64,000 nt of DNA from an uncultured virus (IMG/VR IMGVR_UViG_3300027724_000009) (IMGVR_UViG_3300027724_000009); one strand, 5' to 3'; shown: positions 49,674 through 60,433, counted from the first letter of the stretch. Made by a program: numbers and translations. Notes: generated by a model from the sequence alone, not told the origin.

Positions 49674-50380
49674 TGAGCGCTTTCAGAGAATTTTTAGATA
49701 ACATGACAAGTGGAGGTTTGGAATACTTCGGTTTATACTATGGAAAGTATGAGGCATTGGTAGTAGATTGCGACGATCCTGAAAAACGTGGACGTTTAAA
49801 AATTTCCTGTCCGAGAATTTACGGCAATGAAAAATACGATAAGTGGGTTTATCCAAGTGGTTTATTTGCAGGTAAAAACTATGGTATGCACTTTATACCT
49901 CAAAATGGTGATGTTATCAGGCTTACATTCGACGGAGGTAACGTAAATTTCCCGGTGTGGGAGTACGGTTGGTGGCTGAAGTCAAAGAGCATTCAGATTG
50001 CCGACAAAGACATTTACTGCATTGTTACTCCGAAAGGACATAGTTGGGTAATTGATGAGAAAAATGACAGGATTTACTTCAGCTACAAAGACGGAAAGGT
50101 AATTGAAATCAAAGGACAAAAAATAAGTTTGGGTAAGAACGGAGGTTCTGCCGAGAAAGCAGCATTGGGTGAAACTCTAAAAAAACGTTTAGAGGAAATA
50201 TGCGATAATCAAAAAGATATTTGTGATGCAATGGTAGCCATGACAGTAACGTGTAATCCACCAGGTTCACCGTCAACAACGCCAATAAATAGTGCGTTAT
50301 TTGCACAATACGGAGCAAGAGCGACGACGATAAAATCACAGTTGATTGAAATACTATCTGAAGTCGTTACATTAGACTAA
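49673..50380 (+). CDS. Baseplate spike (gpV/Gp5 OB fold)
   Basis: DPEKRGRLKI, FIPQNGD.I..F.GG...P. Confidence 0.85.
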   Translation: MSAFREFLDNMTSGGLEYFGLYYGKYEALVVDCDDPEKRGRLKISCPRIYGNEKYDKWVYPSGLFAGKNYGMHFIPQNGDVIRLTFDGGNVNFPVWEYGWWLKSKSIQIADKDIYCIVTPKGHSWVIDEKNDRIYFSYKDGKVIEIKGQKISLGKNGGSAEKAALGETLKKRLEEICDNQKDICDAMVAMTVTCNPPGSPSTTPINSALFAQYGARATTIKSQLIEILSEVVTLD

Positions 50381-50401
50381 AATTTTCATTATATTGTATT
50401 T

Positions 50402-50788
50402 ATGAACTTAGAATACTTAGGTGTTAGTGAGAAATTTACGTTTCAACCTGATTTGAATAGCAGGGTAGCATTAGTATCAGATGTGGAAAGTATAAAACAA
50501 TCAATGAAAGATATTCTAAGCACAGGTATTGGTACAAGATTTTACAATGAATACTATGGTAGTTATTTGGAGTATCTAACGTTTGAGCAGAATGATGTAA
50601 TATTAAAAGATTTACTAATTTATTATTCAATCGATGCATTGAGAACGTGGGAAAAAAGAATTAAAGTATTGAATGTTGACGTAAAAGTTGGAGTTGATAA
50701 AATGGAATTACTTATTCCGTTTTTAATCCTGCAATCGAACGAGATACAGTCATTAATCTATCCATTTTACAGAGAAATAACACAATAA
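50402..50788 (+). CDS. Baseplate wedge gpW/gp25
   Basis: ILSTGIGTRF...YGS, WEKRI. Confidence 0.85.
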   Translation: MNLEYLGVSEKFTFQPDLNSRVALVSDVESIKQSMKDILSTGIGTRFYNEYYGSYLEYLTFEQNDVILKDLLIYYSIDALRTWEKRIKVLNVDVKVGVDKMELLIPFLILQSNEIQSLIYPFYREITQ

Positions 50789-50790
50789 AA

Positions 50791-52458
50791 ATGGCATTAA
50801 CAAATCCGTTCATAGGTTATTTAGACAGGTCGTTCCTTACGATTAAACAGTCTATTTTAACACGTATTGCAAATCCGGTTACAGGCATACCAGAGATAAC
50901 CGACCATTCAGATAGCAATCCGTTTGTAAAGCGAGTATCAATATGGGCCGGAATAGCCGAAATGTTGGGTTATTACATCGACAATATGGCAAAGGAAACA
51001 TTTGTCCATACTGCAGATTTATACGAAAGTTTTTACAGGCTATCAAAGGCATACGATTATCGTATTCGTGGCCGTATTCCTGCAAGTGGCACAATAAATA
51101 TCACGCTGAATAATCCGGCACCATACAATATTACCATACCGAGCGAAACGGAAGTACAAACTTCAGAGGGTATAAAGTTTTTGACATTGAGTTCTGCAGT
51201 AATCGTTACAGGCCAAACGAATGTGAGCATACCGGTTAAGCAATGGACAAAAGTTGTTGCATCTGTAATAGCAATTTCCGACGGCAGCCAAAATCAGGTT
51301 TATGAACTGAATGAGAATGTAGTTGACAAAAGTATTAATATTATCGTTGACAACACGATACCGTATATTAATGTTGACAGTTTTGTAAGGAGTTTACCGT
51401 TGAGTTACCATTTCATTGCAGGAATGAATGAGAATGCAAAAATGCAAATAGTTTTTGGTGACGATATCAATGGAGCAATACCGTTGGCAACAAAAGACAT
51501 CAAAGTAGGTTGGTATGAAACGAGTGGTAGAAATGGTAACGTCGGTTCCGGCCTTATCAATACCATAAATTCAGTATTGACATTGCCGACAGGTTTTACG
51601 GCTTCAGTAACCAATCTGTTAGCCATTACGAACGGCACCAATGCAGAAAGTATTACCGAGTTGAGGAAATACATACCGTTATCATTGCGTACCTTATACA
51701 GAGCCGTAACGAGGCAGGATTATATTGACGTAGCAGAATTGATACCAGGTGTAGCGAAAGCAGGTTTGGAGCACTCCTGCGGAAAGACGGTGGACATCTA
51801 CATTGCACCGAACGGTGGAGGAGCACCAAGTCCTACATTGCTGACAGATGCATACGATTTTATGGAACTGCGTAAAATGATAACCACAAAGCACAGGATT
51901 TTTGGTGCAGGGCAGGTTATTATTAAGCATCTGATAAATGTAAGGTCAAAGCCTCAATACTTCAATGTTGACACGTATAATGAGGTTAAAGAGGCAGTTG
52001 AAAACTTCTATAATGTAGAAAATCAAACGATATCAGGAAAGGTGCATATTGGCGACATATATCAATTAATTGAGGGATTGCCAAAAGTTGAATATTCAAC
52101 AGTAGGTATTTTAACTCCGGTTCCTTATGCAAGGCCGCTCGATACAGGTTATCCTATTCTCGATTGGGCGAAAGAAGTTTTGATATCGTCACAAAATGCT
52201 ACTTACAAGTTAGTTTTTACGACTAGTACACAATTTAATTTAGTTAGAAATAATGTTTTTGTAAATAGCTATTCAGTAGGAGTTTTAGTAACAACAAATG
52301 ATTTAAAGTTTACAGTGTTCGGTACATACACAATAGGAAATAAATATGAGTTTAAGACGTACAACTATAATTCAGGAAGTGTGGATTTAGCAGAGCCGAG
52401 TTTACCGGTATTTGATATTACAGAATTTGAATTAAATGTAACAGGTGGGTTGGTATAA
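50791..52458 (+). CDS. Baseplate J-like wedge protein
   Basis: FGDDINGAIP, NGTNAES..ELR, RAVTRQDY. Confidence 0.88.
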   Translation: MALTNPFIGYLDRSFLTIKQSILTRIANPVTGIPEITDHSDSNPFVKRVSIWAGIAEMLGYYIDNMAKETFVHTADLYESFYRLSKAYDYRIRGRIPASGTINITLNNPAPYNITIPSETEVQTSEGIKFLTLSSAVIVTGQTNVSIPVKQWTKVVASVIAISDGSQNQVYELNENVVDKSINIIVDNTIPYINVDSFVRSLPLSYHFIAGMNENAKMQIVFGDDINGAIPLATKDIKVGWYETSGRNGNVGSGLINTINSVLTLPTGFTASVTNLLAITNGTNAESITELRKYIPLSLRTLYRAVTRQDYIDVAELIPGVAKAGLEHSCGKTVDIYIAPNGGGAPSPTLLTDAYDFMELRKMITTKHRIFGAGQVIIKHLINVRSKPQYFNVDTYNEVKEAVENFYNVENQTISGKVHIGDIYQLIEGLPKVEYSTVGILTPVPYARPLDTGYPILDWAKEVLISSQNATYKLVFTTSTQFNLVRNNVFVNSYSVGVLVTTNDLKFTVFGTYTIGNKYEFKTYNYNSGSVDLAEPSLPVFDITEFELNVTGGLV

Positions 52459-53102
52459 TGACATTCGTACTTAAAAATATAATTTTTGATTTTTTCGGAA
52501 TACGTGATAAATCTGAAGATTTATACAAAGACGTAAATGGAAAAGGATTGCATCAGCGTTTCAATGAAATGTTGGCTGAAGATGTTGACGAAAATGAGAT
52601 TGATAAGACGGAGAACGTGGTAAAGTACACAGTAGATCCCGACCAATGTTTAGATAAGTTCTTTTTTTATCGTGAGCAGGAATATGGTGGTTTGTATTCA
52701 ATATCTGCCGTACCTGCAATAAGGAGAAAAATTATAAAATATGCATCTTATTTAAATAGAATAAAAGGTACTGAAGAAAGTTATATTTTTCCATTACTTT
52801 TATTAGGATTCAGTACCGTTAACATTTACGAATATGTGAATACTTCAGGATTTGATAGTCCAACAACTTTTGATGATGAAGTACGAAGATTCGATATGAA
52901 ATGTAACAGTTGTGGCCGGTACAGGATTGACATTACAGGAAGTATTACAATGACGAACTCATTGCTTAACTCCATAATGAATGTAGTGAGGTATAACGAG
53001 CCTATAAATGCGACTTTGGACGGTATTACATATAATGGTGATACTATTAGTATTGTAGGTGATTTTAGTGATGATTTTAGTGATGATTTTTTTAATGATT
53101 AA
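52458..53102 (+). CDS. Baseplate/tail protein I-like
   Basis: RKIIKYA..LNRIKGT; follows J. Confidence 0.7.
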   Translation: MTFVLKNIIFDFFGIRDKSEDLYKDVNGKGLHQRFNEMLAEDVDENEIDKTENVVKYTVDPDQCLDKFFFYREQEYGGLYSISAVPAIRRKIIKYASYLNRIKGTEESYIFPLLLLGFSTVNIYEYVNTSGFDSPTTFDDEVRRFDMKCNSCGRYRIDITGSITMTNSLLNSIMNVVRYNEPINATLDGITYNGDTISIVGDFSDDFSDDFFND

Positions 53103-53112
53103 TAAATAAAAT

Positions 53113-53721
53113 ATGTCAATAGCAGCATTAAAAGCAAGTATAGCATCCGTAATAAAATTAAACGGTAGTAAATCTATTTATGCTACACACTTACAGGCCA
53201 AATTATTTGAAATGATAGATGAAATGCATCCTGAAAATTATATTAGCGGTAATGAAACGGCTTCTACTTTAGGCGCAACGATTAATGGAGCTTCTGCTGC
53301 AATACCAAACAATACAGACTTAGTAGCAACGGCAGAAAATGCAGGACTTCTTAAAAAGATTACTTGGACAAATGTAAAGGCGTTTTTAAAGACATATTTT
53401 GATACTATCTATCAAACTGTATTAATTTCGGGTACTTCGATAAAAACTATTAATTCAACATCGTTACTCGGTGCGGGCGATATATCTATAACTCCAAATG
53501 CAACACATACGGGCGAGGTTACGGGTACAACGGCTTTAACTGTTGATAAAACTGCAATTACAAACAAGACGGCAGTAACGATTGATACGGCTGATTATGT
53601 TTTAATTTCAGATAGTTCCGATTCTGGCAATCTTAAAAAAGGATTAGTTTCTGATTTAGGTGGGTTTGATGACGGGGATTTCACATTGGTAGCATCTTTT
53701 AAATCACTTTATAATTATTAA
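53113..53721 (+). CDS. Tail fibre-related protein
   Basis: LISGTSIKTINSTSLLG and THTGEVTG fibre motifs. Confidence 0.6.
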   Translation: MSIAALKASIASVIKLNGSKSIYATHLQAKLFEMIDEMHPENYISGNETASTLGATINGASAAIPNNTDLVATAENAGLLKKITWTNVKAFLKTYFDTIYQTVLISGTSIKTINSTSLLGAGDISITPNATHTGEVTGTTALTVDKTAITNKTAVTIDTADYVLISDSSDSGNLKKGLVSDLGGFDDGDFTLVASFKSLYNY

Positions 53722-53725
53722 TATC

Positions 53726-53938
53726 ATGCCAAACGTAAAAATAAATCAAAATAACTACGATAATAAGCTGATAGATTGGAAGAACTCAGCAACTAACAGA
53801 AGTGACTTATTATACTTTGTCACGGATGAGTTGAACGAGAAAGACATTCAGCAATTAGCTTGGAAAAAGGGTTTAATCATAAAGATTGAAACGATAGGAT
53901 TCCTAAGTAAAATAACATTTTTAGACATTTTAATATAA
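53726..53938 (+). CDS. Hypothetical protein
   Basis: ORF packing. Confidence 0.5.
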   Translation: MPNVKINQNNYDNKLIDWKNSATNRSDLLYFVTDELNEKDIQQLAWKKGLIIKIETIGFLSKITFLDILI

Positions 53939-53942
53939 TATT

Positions 53943-54641
53943 ATGGCATTAGTTGGCATATATAAAATAACGTCACCATCTAATAAGGTGTATATAGGTC
54001 AATCTGTCAATATATTAAATAGAAAAGCGTCTTACAAAAGACAAGATTGTAAAAAACAAGCAAAACTATATATGTCACTTTTGAAGTATGGTTTTGATAA
54101 ACACTCTTTTGATATTTTATGTTTGTGTGATAAAAGTGAATTAAACGAAAAAGAAAAATCATACATTTTAGAATATGATAGCTTTTTAAATGGTTTGAAT
54201 TTAACAAGTGGTGGTGAAAGTTGCAATGTGCGGTCAGATGAAACAAGGATGAAAATGAGTTTAGCACAAAAGCGTAACACCAAAAGTAAGGGACATAAAC
54301 ACACGGAAGAATCTAAAAAGCTAATGAGTGAAAATAGAAAAGGAAAAGTAATTAGCGAAACTGGTAGAAAAAATATGAGTTTGGTTCAACTTGGCAAAAA
54401 GATGTCAGATGAAACAAAGCAAAAAATTAGCGACAAATTAAAAGGAAAGAAAAAAAGCAAAGAGCAAATATTAAAGTTTAGTAAATCTATGATTGGAAAC
54501 ACAAATAGATTAGGCAAAAAAAAGACATTAGAGGAAAGATTAAAAATATCTAAAAGCAAAATGGGTAGTATAATTCCATTGGAAGTAAGAAATAAAATAT
54601 CATTAACATTAAAAAATAAATATCATGGCATTAGCAGCTAA
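53943..54641 (+). CDS. GIY-YIG homing endonuclease with NUMOD3 repeats
   Basis: GIYKIT....VYIGQS, LNLTSGG, HTEESKKLMS/SDETKQKIS repeats. Confidence 0.92.
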   Translation: MALVGIYKITSPSNKVYIGQSVNILNRKASYKRQDCKKQAKLYMSLLKYGFDKHSFDILCLCDKSELNEKEKSYILEYDSFLNGLNLTSGGESCNVRSDETRMKMSLAQKRNTKSKGHKHTEESKKLMSENRKGKVISETGRKNMSLVQLGKKMSDETKQKISDKLKGKKKSKEQILKFSKSMIGNTNRLGKKKTLEERLKISKSKMGSIIPLEVRNKISLTLKNKYHGISS

Positions 54642-55080
54642 GAATATCCCTGTTGTGGCGAATGTGCCTAACGGCGGTGTAGCACTTATAGCAGCATCTT
54701 CAAACACGGTAACATTAGGTAGTAATACAAACGGCGCAACGGCATACACAGCAGGCACAGCAGGTGGTCGTGTAATGAGCTTAACGGCAGTTACTGATGA
54801 TACGGTAACGGTTAACGTATTTGTATGGATTCTTAGAGGTGCAACTGTTATACCGATTGCACTTGTAAACGTTCCTTTGAGTTCAGGTAATACGAATGCA
54901 GCACGTTTCAATGTGGACTTTTTAGACGGTGTGAATATCGTAGGATTACCGCTTGACAATACAGGTAAAAGATATATTCCTTTATTAGCAGGTGATGTTT
55001 TAAGAGTTGGTGCATTAGCGAATTTAACGGCAGCAAAAACTTGTTGGGTACATGCATCAGGTAGTGATTATCAAGCGTAA
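54625..55080 (+). CDS. Virion/tail fibre-associated protein
   Basis: Beta-rich, small-residue composition; context. Confidence 0.55.
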   Translation: MALAAKNIPVVANVPNGGVALIAASSNTVTLGSNTNGATAYTAGTAGGRVMSLTAVTDDTVTVNVFVWILRGATVIPIALVNVPLSSGNTNAARFNVDFLDGVNIVGLPLDNTGKRYIPLLAGDVLRVGALANLTAAKTCWVHASGSDYQA

Positions 55081-55958
55081 TGAATAACGGATTATATAAC
55101 GGTTTAGATAGCGGATTAAATCAAGGAAGATTTTCCGGATTAGATAATGGTTTAGCTTTAGGGTTGTTTGGTAATGTACGAGCTAAATTAGATAAAGATG
55201 TAATTCCTTATATAGAGAATGCTAAAATAATGAGAGCACAAGAAATTTTTGCAATAAATTATTTGGTTACTAATACAAAAAAGTTTTTTTTATGGGATAA
55301 AATCAAAGCTATTTACCCGTTTTTGGGTGATACTTTGTTATCAAATGCTTTTAATTTAAAAATACCTATTGATTCCAATTCTGCTTATAGATTAAATTTT
55401 GATACTAATCTTCCTTTAATTACAAGATTTGGCGTAGAGTTTATTGGTAATAGTTCTTCTTGGGCTACTACCAATTTAATACCTTCACAAGTTTTGATAA
55501 AAGGAAATCTCGCATTAGGTTGTTATATAAACGGAGGCAATTTAGGTGGTTCACCATATCCTGTAACTATGGGTTCATCAACTACCTTAAACACAAATAC
55601 AGATGTAATTAGTTTAGCAATAAGAACAACAGGAAAGTATTTTATACCAAATGGTGAAGCACAGCCTTTTGTATCTTCTTCTGATACAACTATAACAGGT
55701 AACTATATAGGCACAGCTTTGAATGGTTTAGCAAATCTATATAGAAATGGTATTGAATTAGGAAATACAGCAACAAGTACAAATGGTGGAATATCTGGTT
55801 CACCCATTTTTATTGGTGCATTAGGGCAGAATATAAGTAGTACTTATCAAAATGTCAGATTAGGTATTTGCTTCATATCAACGGGATTAACAAAAATAGA
55901 TGTACGTAATTTTGATATGATTATACAAAACTATGTTAGTATATTAAATAGAAGATAA
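55080..55958 (+). CDS. Putative receptor-binding/ConA-like protein
   Basis: WDKIKAIYPFLG, LYRNG, IFIGA; N-terminal GLxx repeats. Confidence 0.55.
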   Translation: MNNGLYNGLDSGLNQGRFSGLDNGLALGLFGNVRAKLDKDVIPYIENAKIMRAQEIFAINYLVTNTKKFFLWDKIKAIYPFLGDTLLSNAFNLKIPIDSNSAYRLNFDTNLPLITRFGVEFIGNSSSWATTNLIPSQVLIKGNLALGCYINGGNLGGSPYPVTMGSSTTLNTNTDVISLAIRTTGKYFIPNGEAQPFVSSSDTTITGNYIGTALNGLANLYRNGIELGNTATSTNGGISGSPIFIGALGQNISSTYQNVRLGICFISTGLTKIDVRNFDMIIQNYVSILNRR

Positions 55959-55974
55959 ACTATTTAATATTTAA

Positions 55975-56169
55975 AAAAAACTAAACAATATCAAAAATGA
56001 AAATTCTATTATAAATCATTCAGGAAAAAAGATTAGAATACATAATAGTTATTTAGATTCTTACCATACTAACGCTGATGTTGCAGTATTAAAGTTTTAT
56101 AAAAAAGCTTTGAGTAAAGAAGAAGTTATGAATAACTTTAATAATTTAAGAGGAAGGTTCGGAATATAA
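55975..56169 (+). pseudogene. Orphan LamG-like C-terminal fragment
   Basis: Frame without upstream start encodes KFYKKALSKEEVMNNFNNLRGRFGI*. Confidence 0.5.
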
Positions 56170-56203
56170 CTATTTATAACACAACCAAAAAATTTATGAA
56201 CTT

Positions 56204-56608
56204 ATGACAACAACGTTAATCATATTATCAGTTGTATTTTCCGTGTTTGCTCACGCACTTGGCTGTATTTCCGGCTATGCAAAAATGATATGCGACCTAA
56301 GTGAGGAGTCCAAGTTAAATAAAACTCCATACGAATATTGGCACAAACATTTAAGCAGTAAAAATAAGTACGAATACACAGGCAAAGTAAAGGTATGGTT
56401 AATGAAAAATTTGCTGGTAATGTTTACAGATGGTTGGCATAAATACCAATTCGTTCTTACTATTTGTTTGCTCGTTTCAGGTTTCTTCGTTGGATTTATT
56501 TCAGGTAAAATTACACCTTACTATTCATTCATGTTGCTGTCTGTTTATTTTGTAAGAACGGCAACATTTCATCTATTATACACATCTAAAAAATACAGAA
56601 AATTATGA
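56204..56608 (+). CDS. Membrane protein
   Basis: Several TMs; KNKY, FTDGWH motif. Confidence 0.65.
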   Translation: MTTTLIILSVVFSVFAHALGCISGYAKMICDLSEESKLNKTPYEYWHKHLSSKNKYEYTGKVKVWLMKNLLVMFTDGWHKYQFVLTICLLVSGFFVGFISGKITPYYSFMLLSVYFVRTATFHLLYTSKKYRKL

Positions 56609-56766
56609 TTGGAGGAATTGTCTTTTTACTAATCTCATTAGTGTTAGTAATTGTTTCTTTCTTTGCAAAGAAACTTAAAATCAAAACAGGTTTACAGGTG
56701 TTTATGATTTTATTCGGATTAACAGGAATAGTATTAGCAATACTATTTTTTACAAATACTATATAG
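56605..56766 (+). CDS. 53-aa two-TM protein (holin-like)
   Basis: Read manually: MIGGIVFLLISLVLVIVSFFAKK... Confidence 0.5.
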   Translation: MIGGIVFLLISLVLVIVSFFAKKLKIKTGLQVFMILFGLTGIVLAILFFTNTI

Positions 56767-56886
56767 TCCTTTAGAAGCATAATAATAAACCTCAATCTTA
56801 TTATTTATTTAGTTGCCACTTTTGAAAGTGGCACTTTTTATTTATATTGAATTGATAATTTATTCTCCACTTATAAAAAATGGAAT

Positions 56887-57438
56887 ATGGCGATATTTGT
56901 TTCAGCAGGACATAATCCGAACGGAATAAAGAAAGATCCGGGAGCCGTTGGCAATGGTTTTCGTGAAGCTGACTTAACCGTTGAGTTCCGTAATCTTGTT
57001 TTAGGGAGCCTTTTAAAGAGAGGTTTTAAAGGTATTGCAGACGATGATAGTGAAACGTTAGGACAATATCTGAAGCGTATTATTACCGGTAACGGTTCGG
57101 TCGTTTTAGAGTTTCATTTCGACGCTGCAATAAATCCGACAGCCACAGGTTGCACGTCATTGATTGGAAGTGATGCAGATAAAAATGATAAGCATTTTGG
57201 CAACGAACTTGTGGAGGCGACTGCACAAATCTTAGGTATTAAAAATCGTGGTTGTATTTCTGAAAGCGAATCACACAGAGGTCGTTTAGGATTGATGAGA
57301 GAGAGAGGTATTGTTGCATTATTAGAAATATGTTTTATCACCAATGCCTCCGATTTGAAGAAGTATCAGGACAACAAGTTTACACTTGCTGACAAGATTG
57401 CTGAAATAATTATTAAGTACGAAAATCTTATTAATTAA
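56887..57438 (+). CDS. Endolysin, N-acetylmuramoyl-L-alanine amidase (Amidase_3)
   Basis: SAGH, DPGAV..GFREA, LEFHFDA, LLEICFITN. Confidence 0.92.
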   Translation: MAIFVSAGHNPNGIKKDPGAVGNGFREADLTVEFRNLVLGSLLKRGFKGIADDDSETLGQYLKRIITGNGSVVLEFHFDAAINPTATGCTSLIGSDADKNDKHFGNELVEATAQILGIKNRGCISESESHRGRLGLMRERGIVALLEICFITNASDLKKYQDNKFTLADKIAEIIIKYENLIN

Positions 57439-57854
57439 TGGTAATAGATATTAAAAACATGAGCCCTTTAATCATTGCATTGATTACTATTTTTTTTAGT
57501 AGTCCTATTTTAGTTACCGTCGTAAATTTCTTTATGTACCGACGGAAGAACACAGCTGACGTTGACCATATTATCATGCAGAACATGGAAATATTGGTTA
57601 ACTCTTACAAGGATAATAAATTGCTCGATGAGCAAATAAAGTCCGAATTGCGTACCGAGATTGCAGAACATAAAATCAATCTAAGAACGATTAGAGAACG
57701 ACAGGAAATGTACCTGAAGAACTCTACTGATGCACTTTCATTACTTGCGAATACGCAAAAGGAGTTGGTAGTTATTAAAGAAAACTACCAAAAATGTATG
57801 AAAGAGCATGAGTTTGCAAGAAAAGAAATTGAAACATTAAAAGAAAAGTCCTAA
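57438..57854 (+). CDS. TM plus coiled-coil lysis-associated protein
   Basis: N-terminal TM; adjacent to amidase. Confidence 0.55.
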   Translation: MVIDIKNMSPLIIALITIFFSSPILVTVVNFFMYRRKNTADVDHIIMQNMEILVNSYKDNKLLDEQIKSELRTEIAEHKINLRTIRERQEMYLKNSTDALSLLANTQKELVVIKENYQKCMKEHEFARKEIETLKEKS

Positions 57855-57857
57855 GTT

Positions 57858-58238
57858 ATGGAAACAGCAAATAATAATGAAATTTTACAAAAAACGTTTG
57901 AATACATAGTAGGTACAGACGATATTGCATTTGCAATAGCAGGTGTATTTTTTGTTGTTATAGGTTGTATTCTTTCAGTAACAATTAGAGCATTGAGAGT
58001 AGGTGTTAAGATGCCAGGTACTCCGAATAAATTCAGCAGCAGGTATATGTTTAAAGATAAAATTGCAGAATTATTATTAGGATTTGTATTAGCATGTATC
58101 TGTATGAGGTTATTCAATGATTGGATTGGAGCACAGGCCACAATGGGTTTAGGTTTCGTATTAGGTTTCTGCAACTACCGGTTGGCTAATCTAATACCGA
58201 AAGTATTTAAGTTTTTAATTGAAGATAAATTAAAATAA
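57858..58238 (+). CDS. Holin-like three-TM protein
   Basis: Three hydrophobic segments; context. Confidence 0.55.
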   Translation: METANNNEILQKTFEYIVGTDDIAFAIAGVFFVVIGCILSVTIRALRVGVKMPGTPNKFSSRYMFKDKIAELLLGFVLACICMRLFNDWIGAQATMGLGFVLGFCNYRLANLIPKVFKFLIEDKLK

Positions 58239-58239
58239 A

Positions 58240-60432
58240 ATGGCACAAAAGATTTTATGGAATTGGCAAGACGATGATTCAACCAAACATCTTAATCAGC
58301 GTACATTAGGTATAGTAGAGCCAGGGTTGTATCGTGGTTTTGATATAGACCTTTCAGATGTTTCAAATATAAAATTGGTTCAGACTGTAACAGGTGCAAC
58401 TATTGTGCTTACAGATTCTCCGGTATTCACCACAGAGCAGAGAGGAGTAGTGGTTACAAAGCAGGGAGTAGTGATACATGAGGACGATGTTGTTGTGTTG
58501 CCATTCACTCCAAATACGAGCGGAAATCCTCGAATAGATGTTGTGATAATGGAGCATGAATACGTGGACGTTATGGACGGTTCAAACGTGGTATATTCAG
58601 TATTGTTGGGTACTCCTGCAGGAACTCCGGTTGCTCCGACGTTGACAAGTCCCAAAACACAGACAATTTTAGGGTATCTGTACGTTCCAAACGGTGCAGA
58701 ATACATGGATGCTCCGGGAGTAGTATATACGAGAGCAGTAACTCCGAACTTTGCAGGTGACGGCAGTATAGCACATCAATATTTGCTGAATATCTTTTTA
58801 GGTATTATCGGAATGGTTCGTAATTGCGTATTGGATAATGTTGGTAACGACGATCCTGTATATTATTTCAGTTTGAACTTAAACAGTGCGCCGGCCGGTG
58901 CCGTAAACAAGGATGCAAATAATTTCATTCTCGATTATGGTTACACAGGTGGAATACAGAATGAGAATGTAAGGTTGCGTTACGTTGGCCCAGATGAGAA
59001 TTTAGGTGGTAAGGAAGTGACGATTTATACAAAACAGGAGTTGCGTATTGATTTTGGTTACGACATATTGCCGAGCGACGGTGATGCGACGTATTGCTAC
59101 ATTCCTGCAAATAGCGTTTTTGTACTTAAAAGCGTATCGAATACCTCTCCGGTAGTTACAGACAACAATAAGTGGGTATTGGTGAATGCACAAAGAGCAT
59201 CTGAAAACAGGAGCAACAATTTTACTGCATCGAATAAGTTTTCAGGTACCGTTACAGAAAATACAAAACAGATCACGATTGGTGACGACGGTAAAAGCAG
59301 TTCATTTACTGCAACTGACGGAAATATCCTGAAGATTACATCTATGGGTTCTCCGAGCACAGTAGGAGCCACATCTGTAACCGGTTTTAAGGCATTGCCG
59401 GTAGATACGATTATCAAAATTGATTTGTCGGATGCAGGTATTACGTTGGACCATGTAATTTTCAAAAATAATGACTTTGTAGCAAGTGGAGGCAATCTGC
59501 CAATTTACACAACAAATTCAGGTGATTTGGTAGTAAACAAAGGTGGTTGTGTTTGGTTGAAAGCGGAGGCTTCAGCATATCGTGTGGTGGCCGTTCAGGG
59601 AGAGAAGAAACATTACGACGGTTATTTTGTATTAGATAACTCTGCATTCAATGCATTATCGAAAACAATTACTGTAAATAATAGAAATAACTGTTTTAGT
59701 ATTTTAGTACCAACTGCAGGTAGTTTGGAGAATATTAACGTGGTAGATGATTATGGTGCGACGGTAGATGTTCGCCCAGGTACAATTATCAATATACGTT
59801 TCAAGCATATAGGAGGTTCTATTGCAAGTAGTGGAGGCGTATTGACTGCAGTTCCGTTCCTTATTTCACTCGAAAACACATCAAATATCCGTTCCAATGT
59901 GAGCGACTTTGGTTATATTAGTAGTTTGGGTAAATCGTTGTCAATTATAGACGACCAAATTTACGGAGAAAGCGGTGATGTGATTACGTTCAGAAAGACA
60001 GATACCGTTTGGGAAATAGTATCTGCAAATCGTGATGCGTACTATGCTCACAAGTTGAACGATAAGAAAATTGACAAAGGAGTAACGTGGCTAACTGCAG
60101 ACTTCACGCATTCATCTATAAGTCCGAGAGAGGCTTCACGTCCGGCTATGCGATTATGTAAAAACGATTTAGGAATGATGATTGTTGAGTTTTCATTTGG
60201 AGTTTCAGCAGATATCGCAGCAGGTACAATTATTGGACGTTTTGTTGGTGTATTAAATGGTTATGTTTGGAGTAAGGCAGTACCGGTTACTTATAAACAA
60301 AATGGAGTAGGATTTTCAATAGGTCATTTATCTTTTACAATAGGACCAACATTTCAGGATATGCAGATAATTGCACTTACGGCAATCCCGAATACATACG
60401 GAATTTATCAACCAATACTTTTAATTCCATAA
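58240..60432 (+). CDS. Tail fibre protein
   Basis: GLYRGF, NPRIDVVI..GTP..PVAP N terminus; beta-rich body. Confidence 0.7.
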   Translation: MAQKILWNWQDDDSTKHLNQRTLGIVEPGLYRGFDIDLSDVSNIKLVQTVTGATIVLTDSPVFTTEQRGVVVTKQGVVIHEDDVVVLPFTPNTSGNPRIDVVIMEHEYVDVMDGSNVVYSVLLGTPAGTPVAPTLTSPKTQTILGYLYVPNGAEYMDAPGVVYTRAVTPNFAGDGSIAHQYLLNIFLGIIGMVRNCVLDNVGNDDPVYYFSLNLNSAPAGAVNKDANNFILDYGYTGGIQNENVRLRYVGPDENLGGKEVTIYTKQELRIDFGYDILPSDGDATYCYIPANSVFVLKSVSNTSPVVTDNNKWVLVNAQRASENRSNNFTASNKFSGTVTENTKQITIGDDGKSSSFTATDGNILKITSMGSPSTVGATSVTGFKALPVDTIIKIDLSDAGITLDHVIFKNNDFVASGGNLPIYTTNSGDLVVNKGGCVWLKAEASAYRVVAVQGEKKHYDGYFVLDNSAFNALSKTITVNNRNNCFSILVPTAGSLENINVVDDYGATVDVRPGTIINIRFKHIGGSIASSGGVLTAVPFLISLENTSNIRSNVSDFGYISSLGKSLSIIDDQIYGESGDVITFRKTDTVWEIVSANRDAYYAHKLNDKKIDKGVTWLTADFTHSSISPREASRPAMRLCKNDLGMMIVEFSFGVSADIAAGTIIGRFVGVLNGYVWSKAVPVTYKQNGVGFSIGHLSFTIGPTFQDMQIIALTAIPNTYGIYQPILLIP

Positions 60433-60433
60433 T

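Noticed and set aside
37738..52458. Extracellular contractile injection system or tailocin
   Set aside because: Terminase, portal and capsid genes are present, so this is a phage
55975..56169. DGR template repeat
   Set aside because: No matching variable repeat and no reverse transcriptase in the window
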